In this document: positions 23,783 through 37,461 of the stretch, one piece after another
How positions within the stretch are numbered: position 1 is the stretch's first letter
Layout of the letters: each line of letters starts with the position of its first letter
Assembly: GCF_044704955.1 (NCBI RefSeq)
Contig: NW_027251778.1
Location: 434,001-498,000 of the forward strand
Length of the DNA stretch: 64,000 bases
Origin: Pristiophorus japonicus
Lineage: Eukaryota
Direction of reading: 5' to 3'
Translations under genes and position numbers: made by a program
The notes under the pieces: model-generated
Seen by the model: the letters and a program-made list of their open reading frames with translations, nothing else
The model's database searches: none
What the model was told of the DNA's origin: nothing

Positions 23783-23875
23783 ACAGACACACAGACAGAG
23801 ATATCTATCTCCCACAGGTGTTTCCTGCCATGGTGGGGTTTGTGTCGAGCCCCTCCATCTCCCTGAGTCACTGTG

Positions 23876-24954
23876 CAGACTCCAGGCGCAGTAATACATG
23901 GCCGCCTGATCCGCCCGCAGGCCGGAGGTCTCCAGGTAGAAGTGGGTGTTGTCGGGTCTCCTGGCGGTGAATCCGTCCACCTCACCGGAGGGAGTGACCA
24001 TTCCAGCGTAGGTGGAATAGAAAAGGTTCTGAGGCTCCCGGTCAGGATGCCACCGGTACCAGTAGAAATAGGAGCCAGCTGTTGCTTCTGTGTAAAGGCA
24101 CTCGATGCTCACCGCAGTGCCCGGGGAATGGGATACGGAAGCGGGGGTCTGTTGGATCAGCACGGCCCCCACGTCTGTGAAACCGAGAAAGAGAGTCAGA
24201 GATAGAGATAAACCCAGGGAGAAATTGCAAAACAACACACGCCATGAAGCGGCAGAGGAGGGGAGAGAGAATGAGGGAGAGAGGGGGCGAGATAGACAGA
24301 GAGACAGAGCGAAACGGAGCGAGCGAGAGAGGGAGTGAGCGACGGAGTGAGACAGTGACACCGACAAAGAGAGCGAGGCAGAGACAGAGAGAGAATGAGA
24401 TACAGAAAGAGAGATAAACCGACCGACAATCTACACATCACTGCAGGATGAGACGGAGCACATGAGGAGAGCGAGATAAAAAAGAGAAAGGGAGAGCGAG
24501 AGAGAGAGAGAGTGAGAGAAGGACAGACAGAGAGAGAGACAGAGAGACATAGAGACGGAGAGAGAGTAAGAGAGAGAGACAAAGAGAGAATNNNNNNNNN
24601 NNNNNNNNNNNNNNNNNNNNNNNNNNNNNNNNNNNNNNNNNNNNNNNNNNNNNNNNNNNNNNNNNNNNNNNNNNNNNNNNNNNNNNNNNNNNNNNNNNNN
24701 NNNNNNNNNNNNNNNNNNNNNNNNNNNNNNNNNNNAGAGACAGAGAGGGAGACAGACAGACAGAGGACACACTATAAACCGAGGGGAGGGGGCGAAATCT
24801 AGACCAGGCCGCGGTGTGAAGGGACACACGGGGAAATTAAAGTGAGGATCGCTGAGATCTCACAGCCCAGCTCCACCTTACCCGTTAACACCAGCAACAC
24901 AAGCCAGAGCTGGGACACATGGATCTCTGGGGGGAGGGAGATCCGGGGGTTCAT
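23876..24954 (-). CDS. TRBV: TRB V segment V3, family A, intact
   Basis: Leader 24882-24954, where only the upstream ATG is in frame. V exon 23876-24174 ends YYCAWSL. 23-RSS at 23837-23875. Confidence 0.9.
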
Positions 24955-25264
24955 GGTGTGCAACCTCTGAATATCTCACAGTTCTGGGCACTGTGGCATT
25001 TACTGACCCCCTGCTCTCCAATGTTCAATGAGCGGCTGGGAGGGGCCAATCTCTCTTCACCTGTTAATTGGCTCCCACATCGGGGCTGGTCATCCCCGGG
25101 GCGGGGCTAATGGCGATTCTGGGTAATCGACGGTCCGTTTCCTCCCTTGCTGGCGGCATCTTGGTTTCTAGAAACCTGTAATAACTCGAAGGGAGTGACA
25201 AAAGGGAAGTTATAGTGTCTGCCTGACTCATTCTATATTAAACTAGTGAGTGAATAAATGGATG

Positions 25265-25840
25265 ACCCTGTATCTAACCCGTACTATATCTGTATCTAAA
25301 CTGTACTGTTCCTGTATGTAACTCGCACTGTTCCTGTATCTAACCCGTGCAATTCCTTTATCTAACGTACTGTTCCTGTAACTACCCCGTGCTAATCCTG
25401 TGTCTAACCCCGTACTGTTCCTGTATCTAACCTGTACTGTTCCTGTATCTAACCTGTACTGTTCCTGTATCTAACCTGTACTGTTCCTGTTCCTACACCT
25501 AACCGTAGTTTTCCTGCATCTAACCGTACAGTTCCTGTATCTAACCCGTGCTGATCCTGTATATAAACCGTACTGACCCTGCATTTAACCTGTGCTGTCC
25601 GTGTATCTAACCCGTGCTGTCTCTGTATCTAACCCGTACTGACCCTGTATCTAACCCGTACTGACCCTGTATCTATCCCGTGCTATTCCTGTATCTAAAC
25701 CGTTCTGACCTTATATGTAACCCATACTGTTCCTGTATCTTTCCCGTGCTGACCCTGTATCTAACCCGTGCTGACCCAGTATCTAACCCGTGTTGACCCT
25801 GTATCGAACCCGGATGTCCTTGTATCTAACCCCTGCTGAA
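25265..25840. repeat. ~22-bp minisatellite
   Basis: Unit CTGTATCTAACCCGTGCTGACC, located between the V4 RSS and the V3 promoter. Confidence 0.88.
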
Positions 25841-25962
25841 CCTGCTCATGCACATTCTGTACTGGCTCCACGCCCAACAAACCAGCACCTGGTCCGGCCC
25901 TGAGCCCCGTTCTCTGCTGCCCCGGGTTTGTGTTGCACCGCCCCGGCCCCTTTGTCACTGTG

Positions 25963-26400
25963 AAGACTCCAGCTGCAGTAATACACCCCCGAGTGCTCCG
26001 CTCGCTGGCTGGCCGTCTGCAGGTGGAAGGTGGACTGGTCGGCTCTGGAGGCGGTGAATCCGTCCACCTCTCCCGCCGGCTCGATGCTGTCGGCGTTGCC
26101 AGAGAAGAAGAGAAGCGAGAGCTCTCCGTCTGGAAGCTTGCGGTACCAGGAAAACTCTGAGCTGAAGGATCCCTCCGCAGAACAGCGGACGAGCAGCGGG
26201 GAGTGCAGGGAACTGGAGATTACAGACGGAATTTGCTGAACTTTGCCGCTTGCGACACCTGCGAATATGAGCAGAATAAGTGGGTTTATAACATACGGCC
26301 GCTGACATTGGGAGACAAACTACGCCCATGCAATTGCAGAGAGAGACTTACTGTGCAACAGCAGCGCGGAAACAAGGCACTGCGTTAAATGCATTTTCAT
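25963..26400 (-). CDS. TRBV: TRB V segment V4, family C, intact frame
   Basis: Leader 26352-26400 (MKMHLTQCLVSALLLH, gtaagt donor). V exon 25963-26258 (VASGKVQQIP..RCSAEG..WYRK..YYCSWSL) has no stops. RSS is CACAGTG-22-ACACAAACC at 25925-25962. The ORF track only partly captures it. Confidence 0.87.
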
Positions 26401-28847
26401 TGCGAGTTTGCAAAAAAGAAATAGAGCGAGGAATTTGCAAGAATCTGCACACTGGCGCCCACGCAAGTTTCTGTCTCTGCAATTCGGTGTGATTGGCAGC
26501 TCCAGAACGTATTCCTTGCAGTGTGATGACAACTGTGCAGTGCCAACCCCGCCCCTCCCAGCTTCTGCAAACTCTTACTTAAGAATATAACATAAGAACA
26601 CAAGAAATAGGAGCAGGAGTGGCCATACTGCCTCTCGAGGCTGCCTCGCCATTTAATACGATCTTTACTAATCTGATCATGGACTCAGCTCCACTTACCT
26701 GTCCACTCCGCTTAATTCCTTATTCTCTTATCGCTTAAGGAAATGTCATCACTCTGTCTTAAATATATTCAATGAACCAGCTTCCACAGCTCTCTGAGGC
26801 AGCGACTACCATAGATGTACAACCCTCTGAGAGAAGAAATTCCTCCTCATCTCAGTTTTAAATGAGCGGCCCCTTATTCTAAGATCATGCCCCCTAGTTC
26901 TAGTCTCCCCCATAAGTGGAATTATCCTCTCTGCATCCACCTTTTCAAGCCCCATCTTAATCTTATATGTTCTTCTGAATTTCAATGAGCAGAGGCCAAA
27001 CCTACTCAATCTTTCTTCATAAGTCAACCCCCTCATCCCCGCAATCAACCTAGTGAACCTTCTCTGAACTGCCTCCAAAGCAAGTGTATCCCTTCTTAAA
27101 TATGGAAACCAAAACTTCACGCAGTACTGCAGGTGTGGCCTCACCAATACACTGTATAGCTGTAGCAAGACTTCCCTGTTTGTATACTCCATCCCCTTTG
27201 CAATAAACTCCAAGATACCATTGGCCTTCCTGATCACTTGCTGTACGTGTGCACTATCCTTTGGTGTTTCATGCACAAGTGCCCCCAGGTCCGGCTGTAC
27301 TGCAGCACTTTGCAAATTTTCACCATTTTAATAATAACATGCTTTTTCAATTTTTTTCGGCCAAATTGCAAGACCTCACACTTTCCAACATTATCCGCCA
27401 GATTTTTTATGTCCTCTTCATATATTGCATTTCCTCCCACCTTCATATCATCATCAAACTTGTCTACGAATTAAAGGGTTACACTTTTGGCGGGGCTGCA
27501 CTCCGATATTCTTTGACAAACACTTCGAAAGGCACCGACAATCTGTCAGACAAGTGGGCTAACGGTTTGCAGCAGTAACTCGAGCACCTGCTCGGTGGGG
27601 CAGCTGTCCCCGTGAGAAACGGATCTGCAGCGCCATGTCGCGTCTGCCCAGCGAGCAACACCCGTCACACGGCTCAGGGTTCTCAGATGAACTGTCTCAT
27701 GTCTGTGTGGTGTTGTTCCTCTTATAGCGGTGAATGTGAAGGGCAGGGTTCAAAAAGGTGCATATATTAATTTAAGGTTTTGATAGAGTAACGAAGGAGA
27801 AACGGGATCCAGTGGCAGGAGAGTCGATAAAGAAAGGAGACAGATTTAGGTAATTTGCTCAAGAACCAGAGCCGGAGGTGAGTAAAAGCTTTCTCCTCAG
27901 TGAATCATTGTGATCTGGAACGCGCTGCCTGAAAGGGTGCTGGAAGCACACTCAATAGTAACTTTTAAACTGGAGTGGGATAAATATATGAAGGGGATAT
28001 TTTCAATGCTGTGCGGAACGGGTCAGGGGATTGGGACTAATTAGATAGCACAGACACGAAGGAGCGAATCGCCTCCTTCTGTAATGTAACCTTCTATGAT
28101 TCTATGGAAATCAGCTCTTCTCGTTGCGATTGCGATAGGCAAGTAACAGGAGTGATAAACACCTCCTCTGACAGTATGAGCCTGGAAACTATTCACTGGC
28201 ATAATCGGGAGCTAGCCGCAATCCCGACCCTCTTCCTGCATTTGTTCCTTCAATATTAGCATTCTCCCATTTAACAAATGTCATAATCGTTGCGGACACA
28301 CAGAGTATATTTTATGATTAGCACATCCGAAAGATTGATACATCATTTTTAATATTGAATAATATGTTGAAGTAATATCAAGTGAAAGGGAATAAGAAGA
28401 TGTAACAATGTAAATAAAAATAAGTTCCAAAATATATCATTTATTTAAATGGTGNNNNNNNNNNNNNNNNNNNNNNNNNNNNNNNNNNNNNNNNNNNNNN
28501 NNNNNNNNNNNNNNNNNNNNNNNNNNNNNNNNNNNNNNNNNNNNNNNNNNNNNNNNNNNNNNNNNNNNNNNNNNNNNNNNNNNNNNNNNNNNNNNNNNNN
28601 NNNNNNNNNNNNNNNNNNNNNNNNNNNNNNNNNNNNNNNNNNNNNNNNNNNNNNNNNNNAATATACGAATAGATGGATAGATCTTTATTCAGACACGCAG
28701 ACAGACAGATACTCAGATCGATAAATGGCTAAAGAGACACATAGAGACTCAGATAAACATGCAGACAGGTACAGATCTATCTCCCACAGGTGTTTCCTGC
28801 CATGGCGGGGTTTGTGTCGAGTCCCTCCATCTCCCTGAGTCACTGTG

Positions 28848-29453
28848 CAGACTCCAGGCGCAGTAATACACGGCCGATTGATCAACCCGCAGGCCGGAGG
28901 TCTCCAGGTAGAAGTGGGTGTTGTCGGGTCTCTTGGCAGTGAACCCCTCCACCTTACCGGAGGGAGTGACTGTTCCGCTGACGGTGGAATAGAAAAGGTT
29001 CTGAGGCTCCCGGTCAGGGTGCCAGCGGTACCAGTAGAAACGGGAGCTAATTGTTGCTTCTGTGTAAAGGCACTCGATGCGCACTGGAGTACCCGGAGAA
29101 TTGGATATGGAAGCGGGGGACTGTTTGATCAGCACGGCCCCCACATCTGTAAAACCAAGAAAGAGAGTTAGAGATAGCGATAAACCGAGAGAGAAATGTT
29201 ATATAAACACCCGCCATGCATGAACAGAGGAGGGGAGAGAGAGTGGGGGAGAGAGGTGGCGAGAGATGCAGAGAGATAGAACGAGACGGAGAGAGCGAGA
29301 GAGTGAGGGAGGGAGTGAGAGCGGGACGCACAGAGAGAGAGAGGCCAAGACAGAGAGAGAATGAGATGTAGAAAGAGAGATAAACCGAGCGAAAATCTAC
29401 AAACACCGGAGGATGAGAAGGAGCACATGAGTAGAGAGAGATATTAACGAGAA

Positions 29454-29487
<34 letters not shown>

Positions 29488-29714
29488 AGAGGATGGGAGA
29501 GAGAGAGAGAGGGAGACAGACAGACAGAGAACACACGATAAACCGAGGTTGAGAGAATCTAGATCAGTCCGCAGTGTGAAGGGACACACGGGGAAATTAA
29601 AGTGAGGATCGCTGAGATCTCACAGCCCAGCTCCACTTTACCCGTTAAGACCAGCAACACAAGCCAGAGCTGGGACACAGGCATCTCTGGCGGGAGGGAA
29701 ATCCTGGGGATCAT
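28848..29714 (-). CDS. TRBV: TRB V segment V5, family A, intact
   Basis: Leader 29642-29714. V exon 28848-29146 ends YYCAWSL. 23-RSS at 28809-28847. Confidence 0.92.
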
Positions 29715-32454
29715 GGTGTGCAACCTCTGAATATCTCACAGTTCTGGGCACTGTGGTATTTACTGACCCGCTGCTCTCCAATGTTCAATGTGCGGGTGGG
29801 CGGGGCCAATCTCTCTTCACCAGTTCATTGGCTCCCCCATGAGGACACCGGGTAATCGGCGCCCTGTCTCCTTCCTTTGAGGGTGGAGCTGGGGTTTCCT
29901 TAAACCCACAACACGACCGAGGCTTCATTGGAGAGGGAGGTGAGGGGATGAGGAAAGGGAGTTATATTGTCTGTCTGCCTCTTACTGTTCATTTCATTTG
30001 TATCTAATCGGGGAGTGAGGGGCTTTACTCTGCATCTAACCAGTGAATTATGGACTTTACTCTGTATCTTACCAGTGAGAGGTAGGTAATCCCATGCCCT
30101 GCCGTGTATCAAGCAGGCGCCCCATGTATCTAACCACCAGAGATTGCTATTGGAACTGCAGCGTTTGACAATGGCTTCGGTCTTCTGACTATTGAGTTGG
30201 GGGAAATATCTGTTCATCCAGCACTGGATGTGGGACAAGCATTCTAATTAATCAGAGTCAGTGGAGTGGACGATTCTGGTGGTGATGAGCTGGAGCTGGG
30301 TGTCTTCAGCGCCGGTGTAGAACCTCATATTGCCTATTCAGATAATGTCGCCAAAGGGAAACTTGCAGACAGGAATTAGGAGGCGGCGGGGGGCGAGGAC
30401 AGATCCTTTGGGGGACACCAGAGGTAACAGTGACGGAGCGGTAACTCAATCACAATGTGCACATCATTAAGAACCATTTGCAAATCAAAACAAACAGTAA
30501 AATAAATAATGTGGCTTGCATATTGTTGAGCTGTCCCGGGTCATAACGCATCACGAGAAAGCAGCAGACATGAGGAAGTCCAACTGCGTTTTTGTGCCAA
30601 ATGGTCGGGAAATGAAAGGGTTACAGAACCAGCAGAGTGGAGCATTAAGGGGAGGGACTCATACATCTGCCGCGGCCTTGCTCATTCTGTGCCAAAGGTA
30701 GATCATGGCCCAGGCTACAGTGAAGCTACAGCGCCAGCTAGTGCCAGCAACGTGCAACTACATGCACCTGGGTTTTATTAATACCGCAGTACATGATTTG
30801 GGAGGCGTTTTCAAGTCAGGCCTGAAATTGAAGCTCCTTGCAATTATGTTCTGCCCTCCCTCAGATGTTGCCGTTTCTTACATTGAATGAAATCTAATTT
30901 ACTCCACGGAATCTGGCCCTTTGGCACGACTGGTCCATGCTGCTTTTTATGCTCTAAGGTTCTTCGTCCACCCCTCTCCAACTCACTCTATCAGCAGAAC
31001 CTGCTATTCCTTTCTCCCTCCTGTCTTTACCCAGCTTCCACGGTTTTTGCCTCAAGCAATCCTTGTGGTAGCAAGTTCCCCATCCTCGCCACTCTCTGGG
31101 TGAAGAGGGTACTCCTCAGCTCCCTATTGGGCTTATTAGTGACTATCTTATATTTGTGGCCTCTGATTCTGGTATCCGCCCTCAAGTCAAAGGTTCTTCT
31201 CTACGTTCATCCTTTGATAATCATAAATTACTCCAATTGTGGTCCACCAACGGTATACGGAGACCACAACAGTGCTTTTTATATTCAATCAGCGGCTGAC
31301 CGGCCAGCATTTATTGCCAATTCCTAATTACTCCCGAGGAGGTAGTGATGAGCTGCAGTCTTATTTACAATTGAGTGGCTCTAAAGGCCATTGAAGAGTC
31401 AACCACATGGCCGTGGGTCTGGAATCACTATAGGCCAGCCTGGGTAAGGACGGCAGATTTCCTTCTCTGAAGGGCATTAGTGAACCAGATGGCTTTTTAT
31501 GACATTCCGCTAATTGTCACCGGTTCTGTTACTGGCTGTGTATTCCAGATGTGATTAATTATTTTATTTTATATTTCCCAGCTGCCATGCAGGCATTTTA
31601 ATTTATGTCTCTGGATTATCAGCAAACTAACCACTATGCTACCGCACGCCATGTAGCCCTGTACGGTGGTCTAATTGTGATCGAGTGAAGGCAACAGAAG
31701 AACAGAAGAAATAGGAGCAGGATTCGGCCATTTGGCCCCTTGAGCCTACTCCGCCATTCAATAAGATCATGGCTGATCCGATCATGGACGCAGGTCCACT
31801 TCCCTGCCCACTCCGCATAACCCTTCAATTCTTTATCGCTTAAAAATCTGTCTATCTCCCCCTTAAATATATTCCATGACCCAGTACCCACAGCTCTCTG
31901 GGGCAGAGAATTCCACAGATTCACCAGCCTCTGAGAAAAGAAATTCTTTCTCCTCAGATTTACATGGCGGTCCCTTATTCTGAAGCTCTGTGCCCGAGTT
32001 TAATTTACCCTATGAGTGGAAACATCCTCTCTGCATCCACCTTGTCGAGCCCGCTGATGATCTTATTAGCTTCAATAAGATCACCTCTTATTCTTCGGAA
32101 TTCCACACTGCATCGGCCCAACTTGCTCAACCTATCTTTATAATTCAACACCCTCGTCCCGGGAAACATCCTCGTGAAGCTTCTCTGAACAGCCTTCAAT
32201 GCAATGATATCCTTCGTCAATACGAAGATCAAAACTGCATGCAGTACTCCAGGTGTGGCCTCACCCATACCCTGCACAATTGTAGCAGGACTTCCCCGCT
32301 TTTATACTCTATTCACCTTTGCAATAAATGCCAACATTCCATTTGCTTTCCTGGAGAAGAGAACTGAACTCTGGCCGGCGTTTGCTCAATCCATGTAAAA
32401 TTACACCAGCCTGAGGGTTTTTGTCAAGCTGGCGAATGAGTCTGTGCCGCTGTG

Positions 32455-33189
32455 TCCCATCAGCAGTGGCACAGAAATACAGCGCCAGGTCGCTGGGTTC
32501 TACTGTCTCGATCTTCAGTGTGGATTTCTTATTTTCCACCGTCCTGGTGATGGTGAACCCGCTCTCAAAACCCTTTTCATATCGAGCATCGCTGCTGAGG
32601 TAAATAGACCCGATTAACGCCAATCCTCCGCCGGCGGACTGACGATACCACAGCATGTTATTGCTAACTGTCCCGTTCTGAAAACAGTTCAGCTCGGCGG
32701 ATTCTCGCTGGCGTACGCTGAGCGAGCGGGGCCACTGATACGGCACCTCGCCCCGGGAACCACCTGGAAACAGAAATTCGGGGCAACAGAATTAGCATCG
32801 TTGAAGTGAAACTCTCAGTGATACATGTTGGCGTTGGACCGATTTATCGATAGATATTTAGCCTTTCCCGAATTCGCAACAAGCAGCAGAAACAATGCAA
32901 CTGTAAAATAAAACAGAGGACTTTGCAAAGTTCAATCAATTATTAAACAATGGAAGTTATATTCATAGCATTTCAGGTTCAAAATAGAGCAGATTATTGA
33001 TTCAGTTATCTGACGTTAATTAATTGATTGTTTATCTATTAGTCCACTGTATCTCACCGACACGGGACATTATTTTGATCAGTTAAAAACCCTTTCAGTT
33101 GAGAAAGTATATCACAGTAATTGCAAGGTGAATTTTAACATACTCAGCGTCAGAAAGAACCCAGCAGTAAGGAGGAAAAGGAATCGCAT
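32455..33189 (-). CDS. TRBV: TRB V segment V6, family D, intact
   Basis: Leader 33144-33189 (MRFLFLLTAGFFLTL, gtatgt donor). V exon 32455-32763 (GSRGEVPYQWP..CFQNG..WYRQ..YFCATADG). RSS CACAGCG-23-ACAAAAACC at 32416-32454. Confidence 0.92.
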
Positions 33190-33280
33190 CTTTGCCGGAT
33201 TTCTAGGACATGTTCCGCTGCATGTTCTGGCTTTAAGAGAGCGACGCAAACTGAGCGAGTGCAAAATACAACGCCACAAG

Positions 33281-33296
33281 AGGAAGTTGCGTCACC
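33281..33296 (-). promoter_or_regulatory. CRE/V-beta-decamer-like plus ETS motif upstream of V6
   Basis: The minus strand reads GGTGACGCAACTTCCT about 100 bp upstream of the ATG. An identical copy lies at 46933-46948 upstream of V10. Confidence 0.45.
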
Positions 33297-36200
33297 GCAA
33301 CTATATCCGCCACTACCTTCAATCATCGAACCACAGAATCATAGAAATTTACAACACGGAAAGAGGACATTACGGCCCAAAGTCTCCGTGCCGGCCGACC
33401 AAGGTTACCCAGCCTAATCGCACTTTCCAGCTCTCGGTCCGTAGCTCTGCAGGTTATGGCACTTCAAGTTGCACATCCAAGTACTTTTTAAATGTGGTGA
33501 GAATTTCTGCCTCTACCACCCTTTTAGGCAGTGAGTTCAAGATCCCCACCACCCTCTGGGTGAAGAAATTTCCCCTCAAATCTCCGCTAAACCTCCCCAC
33601 AATTACTTTAAATCAATGCCCGCTGGTTATTGACCCCTCTGCCAATGGAAACAGGTCTTTCCCATCCACTCTATCCAAGCCCCTCATAATTTTACACACC
33701 TCAGTCATGTCGCCCCTCAGCCTCCTCAGTTCCAAAGTAAACCAACCCAGCCTATCCAATTTTTTCCTCATCGTTAAAATTCTACAGTCCAGCCAACATC
33801 CTTGTAAATCTCCGAGAACAAAATAACACAAGAAGTAGGGGCCTTTCGACCCCTCGAGCATGCTCCACCGTTCAACTAGCTCATAGTTGATCTGATCATG
33901 GGCTCAGCTCCACTACCCTGCTGGTTTCCCAGAACACCTTACTCCCCTATCGCTCAAAAATCTATCTCCGCCTTAAATATATTCAATGTCCCAGCCTCCA
34001 CAGCTCTCTGGGGCAGAGAATTCCACAGATTTACAACAGTCTTAGAGAAGAAATTTCGCCTCATCTCAGTGTCAAATGGGCGGCCACTTATTCTGAGACT
34101 ATGTCCCATAGTTTTGATTTCCCCTATGAGTGGAAATATCCTCCCTGCATCCACCTTGTCGAGCCCGCTCATTAACTTATCAGTTTCAATAGGATCTTTC
34201 TGTATGCTCTCCAGTGCAATCACATCGTTTCTGTAAGCTGACCATCTTTTCTGGTTTCCATCTTTCTTCCTTGTTTCTCTCTTTCGTTCTATCCTTTCTT
34301 TGAGTCTGTCAAACCATTACTTCCTTAGCTTTCTTTCTTTCCTTCCATCATTCTTTCAGGAGAATACTTTTAACTCGGCAAGTTACCGTGATACTGAATT
34401 CACTGCCTGAAAGTGCGATGGAAGCAAATGCAATAGTTAGTTTCCAATGGCAATTGTGAACATACTTAAAAAGGAATATAGATTGTGGACTATTGGATGA
34501 GAGCAGGGGGTGGAACTAATTGTATAGGGGAGACCACAACTTGAGGTCACTAATATAGCATAGTCAGGAATACATCTACACGGGAATTCAGGAGCTCTAC
34601 TCACCCAAAGTGTGATGAGAATGTTTAACTTCTTACCACCAGGTGTGATTGAACTGAATAGCATAGATGTACTTTTGGGGAAGATAGACACGGAATGAGC
34701 GAGACAGGCATAGAGGGATATGCCGATGGTGTGAGATAAAGAGGGTGGGAGGATTATAACATGGGACTAATTGGAAAGCATCTTCTAGCACCCAGAACAG
34801 GCTCGATGGCGCGAATGTCCTCCGTCTGTGCTGTACGATTCTCTAATTCTATACAACACAGAGCATTTTGTTGGGTGAATATACCCTCCAGTTTCAGGCA
34901 CTGCGGATTTCAATTCCCATATGCTAATCGAGAATTAAAGGGTTCAATACTTGGTGGGGCTGTATTCCCAGATTCGTTCACATACACTTCAGACTATATT
35001 AATGACTTGGATGAAGCGACCGAGTGTATTGTAGCCAGGTTTGCTGATGATACAAAGATGGGTGGGAAAGCAACTTGTGAGGACACAAAAAATCTGCACA
35101 GGGATATAGACAGGCTAATTGAGTGGGCAAACATTTGGCAGAGGGAGTATAATGTGGGAAAATGTGAGGTTATCCACTTTGGCAGAAATAATAGAAAAGC
35201 AAATTATAATTTAAAAGGAGAAAAATTGAAAAGTGCTGCAGTACAGAGAGACCCTGTGGTCCTTGAGCATGAAACATAAAAAGTTAGTATGCAGGTACAG
35301 CAAATGATCAGGAATGCAAATGGAATGTTGGCCTTTATTGCACGGAGGATAGTGTGCAAAAGCAGAGCAGTATTGCTACAACTGCATCGCGTATTGCTGA
35401 GGCCACACCAGGAGTACTGCGTACAGTTCCGGTATCCGTATTAAAGGAAGGATACACTTGCATTGGAGGCTCTTCAGAGAATGTTCAGTTGGTTTGATTC
35501 CCCAGATGAGGGGGTTGATTTATGAGGATAGGTTGAGTAGTTTGGGTCTGTACATATTGGACTTTTGAAGAATGAGAGGTGATCTTATCGAAACGTATAA
35601 GATAATGAGGGGGCTCGACAAGGTGGTTGCTAACAGGATGTTTCTACTGATGGGGGAGACTAGAACTAGGGGACATAGTCTCAGAATAAAGGACGCCCAT
35701 TTAAAACTGTGACGAGGAGGAATTTCTTCTCTCATAGGGTTGTAAATCTATGGAATTCTCTGCCCCAGAGAGCTGTGGAGGTTGGGTCATTGAATATATT
35801 TAAGGCGGAGACAGACTGTTTTTTGAGCGATAAGGGAGTAAAGGGTCATTGGGAGCGGGCGTTGAAGTGGAGCTGAGTCCATGATCGTATCAGCCATGAT
35901 CTTATTGAATGGCAGAACAGGTTCGAAGGGCCAGATGGCAGACTCCGGCTCCTATTTCTTATGTTCTTATGTTTTTGAAGACATTGAGAGTATGACAGAC
36001 AAGTGGGCTAAAGGTTTACAGCAGAGACTCGAGCACCTGTGCGGGGGCAGGTGTCCCAGTGAGAAACGGATCTGCAGCGCCATCTCGCGACTGCCCAGCG
36101 AGAAACACCCATCACACGGCTCAGGGTTCTCAGATCAACTGTCTCCTGTCTGCATGGGGTTGTTCCTCTTCTAGGTGAAAGTGAGGGGCTGGATTCAAAA

Positions 36201-37461
36201 AGGTGCTAACATTAATTTCAAGATTTTGACAGAGTAACTATGGAGAAACTGGACACAATGGCAGAAGGGTCGATAAAGAAAGGAGAGAGAATTAAGGAAA
36301 AATTGCTGAAGAACCGGAGCCGCTGGTGAGTAAAAGCTTTCTCCTCAGTGAATTATTGTGATCTGGAACGCGCTGCCTGAAAGGGTGCTGGAAGCAGATT
36401 CAATAGTAACTTTAAACTGGGTGGGCTAAATATATGAAGGGTATATTTTCAGTGCTGTGGGGAACGGGTCAGGGGAATTGGACTAATTGGATAGCACAGA
36501 CACGATGGACCGAATGGCCTCCTTCTGTGCTGTATCGTTCTAGGATTCTATAAAAATCAGCTCTTCTCGTTGCTATTGCGATAGGGCAAGTAACAGGAAT
36601 GATAAAGATCTCCTCTGACTGTATGTGCCTGGGAACTATTTACTGGTATAATCGGGATCGAGGCATAATTCATTCCCTTACACCTGTATTCGTTCTTTCA
36701 ACACTAGCATTCTCCCATTGACCACAGCTCATAATCTGTTGTTGACGCATAGAGTATTTCTTAATTTGCAGCACATCAGAGACATTGATATGGCATTTTT
36801 AGTAATGAGTAATCTGTTGAAGTAATCTCAAGTGAAAGAGAATAAGAAGATGCAACAATGCAAATAAAAAGGAAATCCAAAATATATCATTTATTTAAAT
36901 GATACGACTTAAAGAGTAGAGGNNNNNNNNNNNNNNNNNNNNNNNNNNNNNNNNNNNNNNNNNNNNNNNNNNNNNNNNNNNNNNNNNNNNNNNNNNNNNN
37001 NNNNNNNNNNNNNNNNNNNNNNNNNNNNNNNNNNNNNNNNNNNNNNNNNNNNNNNNNNNNNNNNNNNNNNNNNNNNNNNNNNNNNNNNNNNNNNNNNNNN
37101 NNNNNNNNNNNNNNNNNNNNNNNNNNNNNNNNNNNNNNNNNNNNNNNNNNNNNNNNNNNNNNNNNNNNNNNNNNNNNNNNNNNNNNNNNNNNATAGATGG
37201 ATATCTCTGTGATGGATGTGATTAATGAATGTATAGATAGACAGACAGAGAGTCAGTCAGAGACCGACAGACAGACAGACAGAGAGACAATTAGACAGAT
37301 GGATAGACCGACATCTAGATAGATAAAGAGGCACAGAGATAAATGGGTGAAGAGACACGCAAACAGACTCAGTTTAACACACAGACAGATCTATCTCCCA
37401 CAGGTGTTTGCTGCCATGGTAGGTTTTGTGTCGAGCCCCTCCATCTCCCTGAGTCACTATG

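Noticed and set aside
23399-24367. 322-aa ORF resembling a V domain fused to a Gly-rich tail
   Set aside because: It is germline read-through of V3 across its RSS into the 27-bp repeat.
26431-26441. Octamer-like ATTTGCAA upstream of the family C leader
   Set aside because: It mismatches ATTTGCAT and is too short to support.
30705-31327. ORFs conserved with 44361-45103
   Set aside because: The conservation reflects the recent duplication. There is no recognisable domain, and part is antisense to a decayed LINE.
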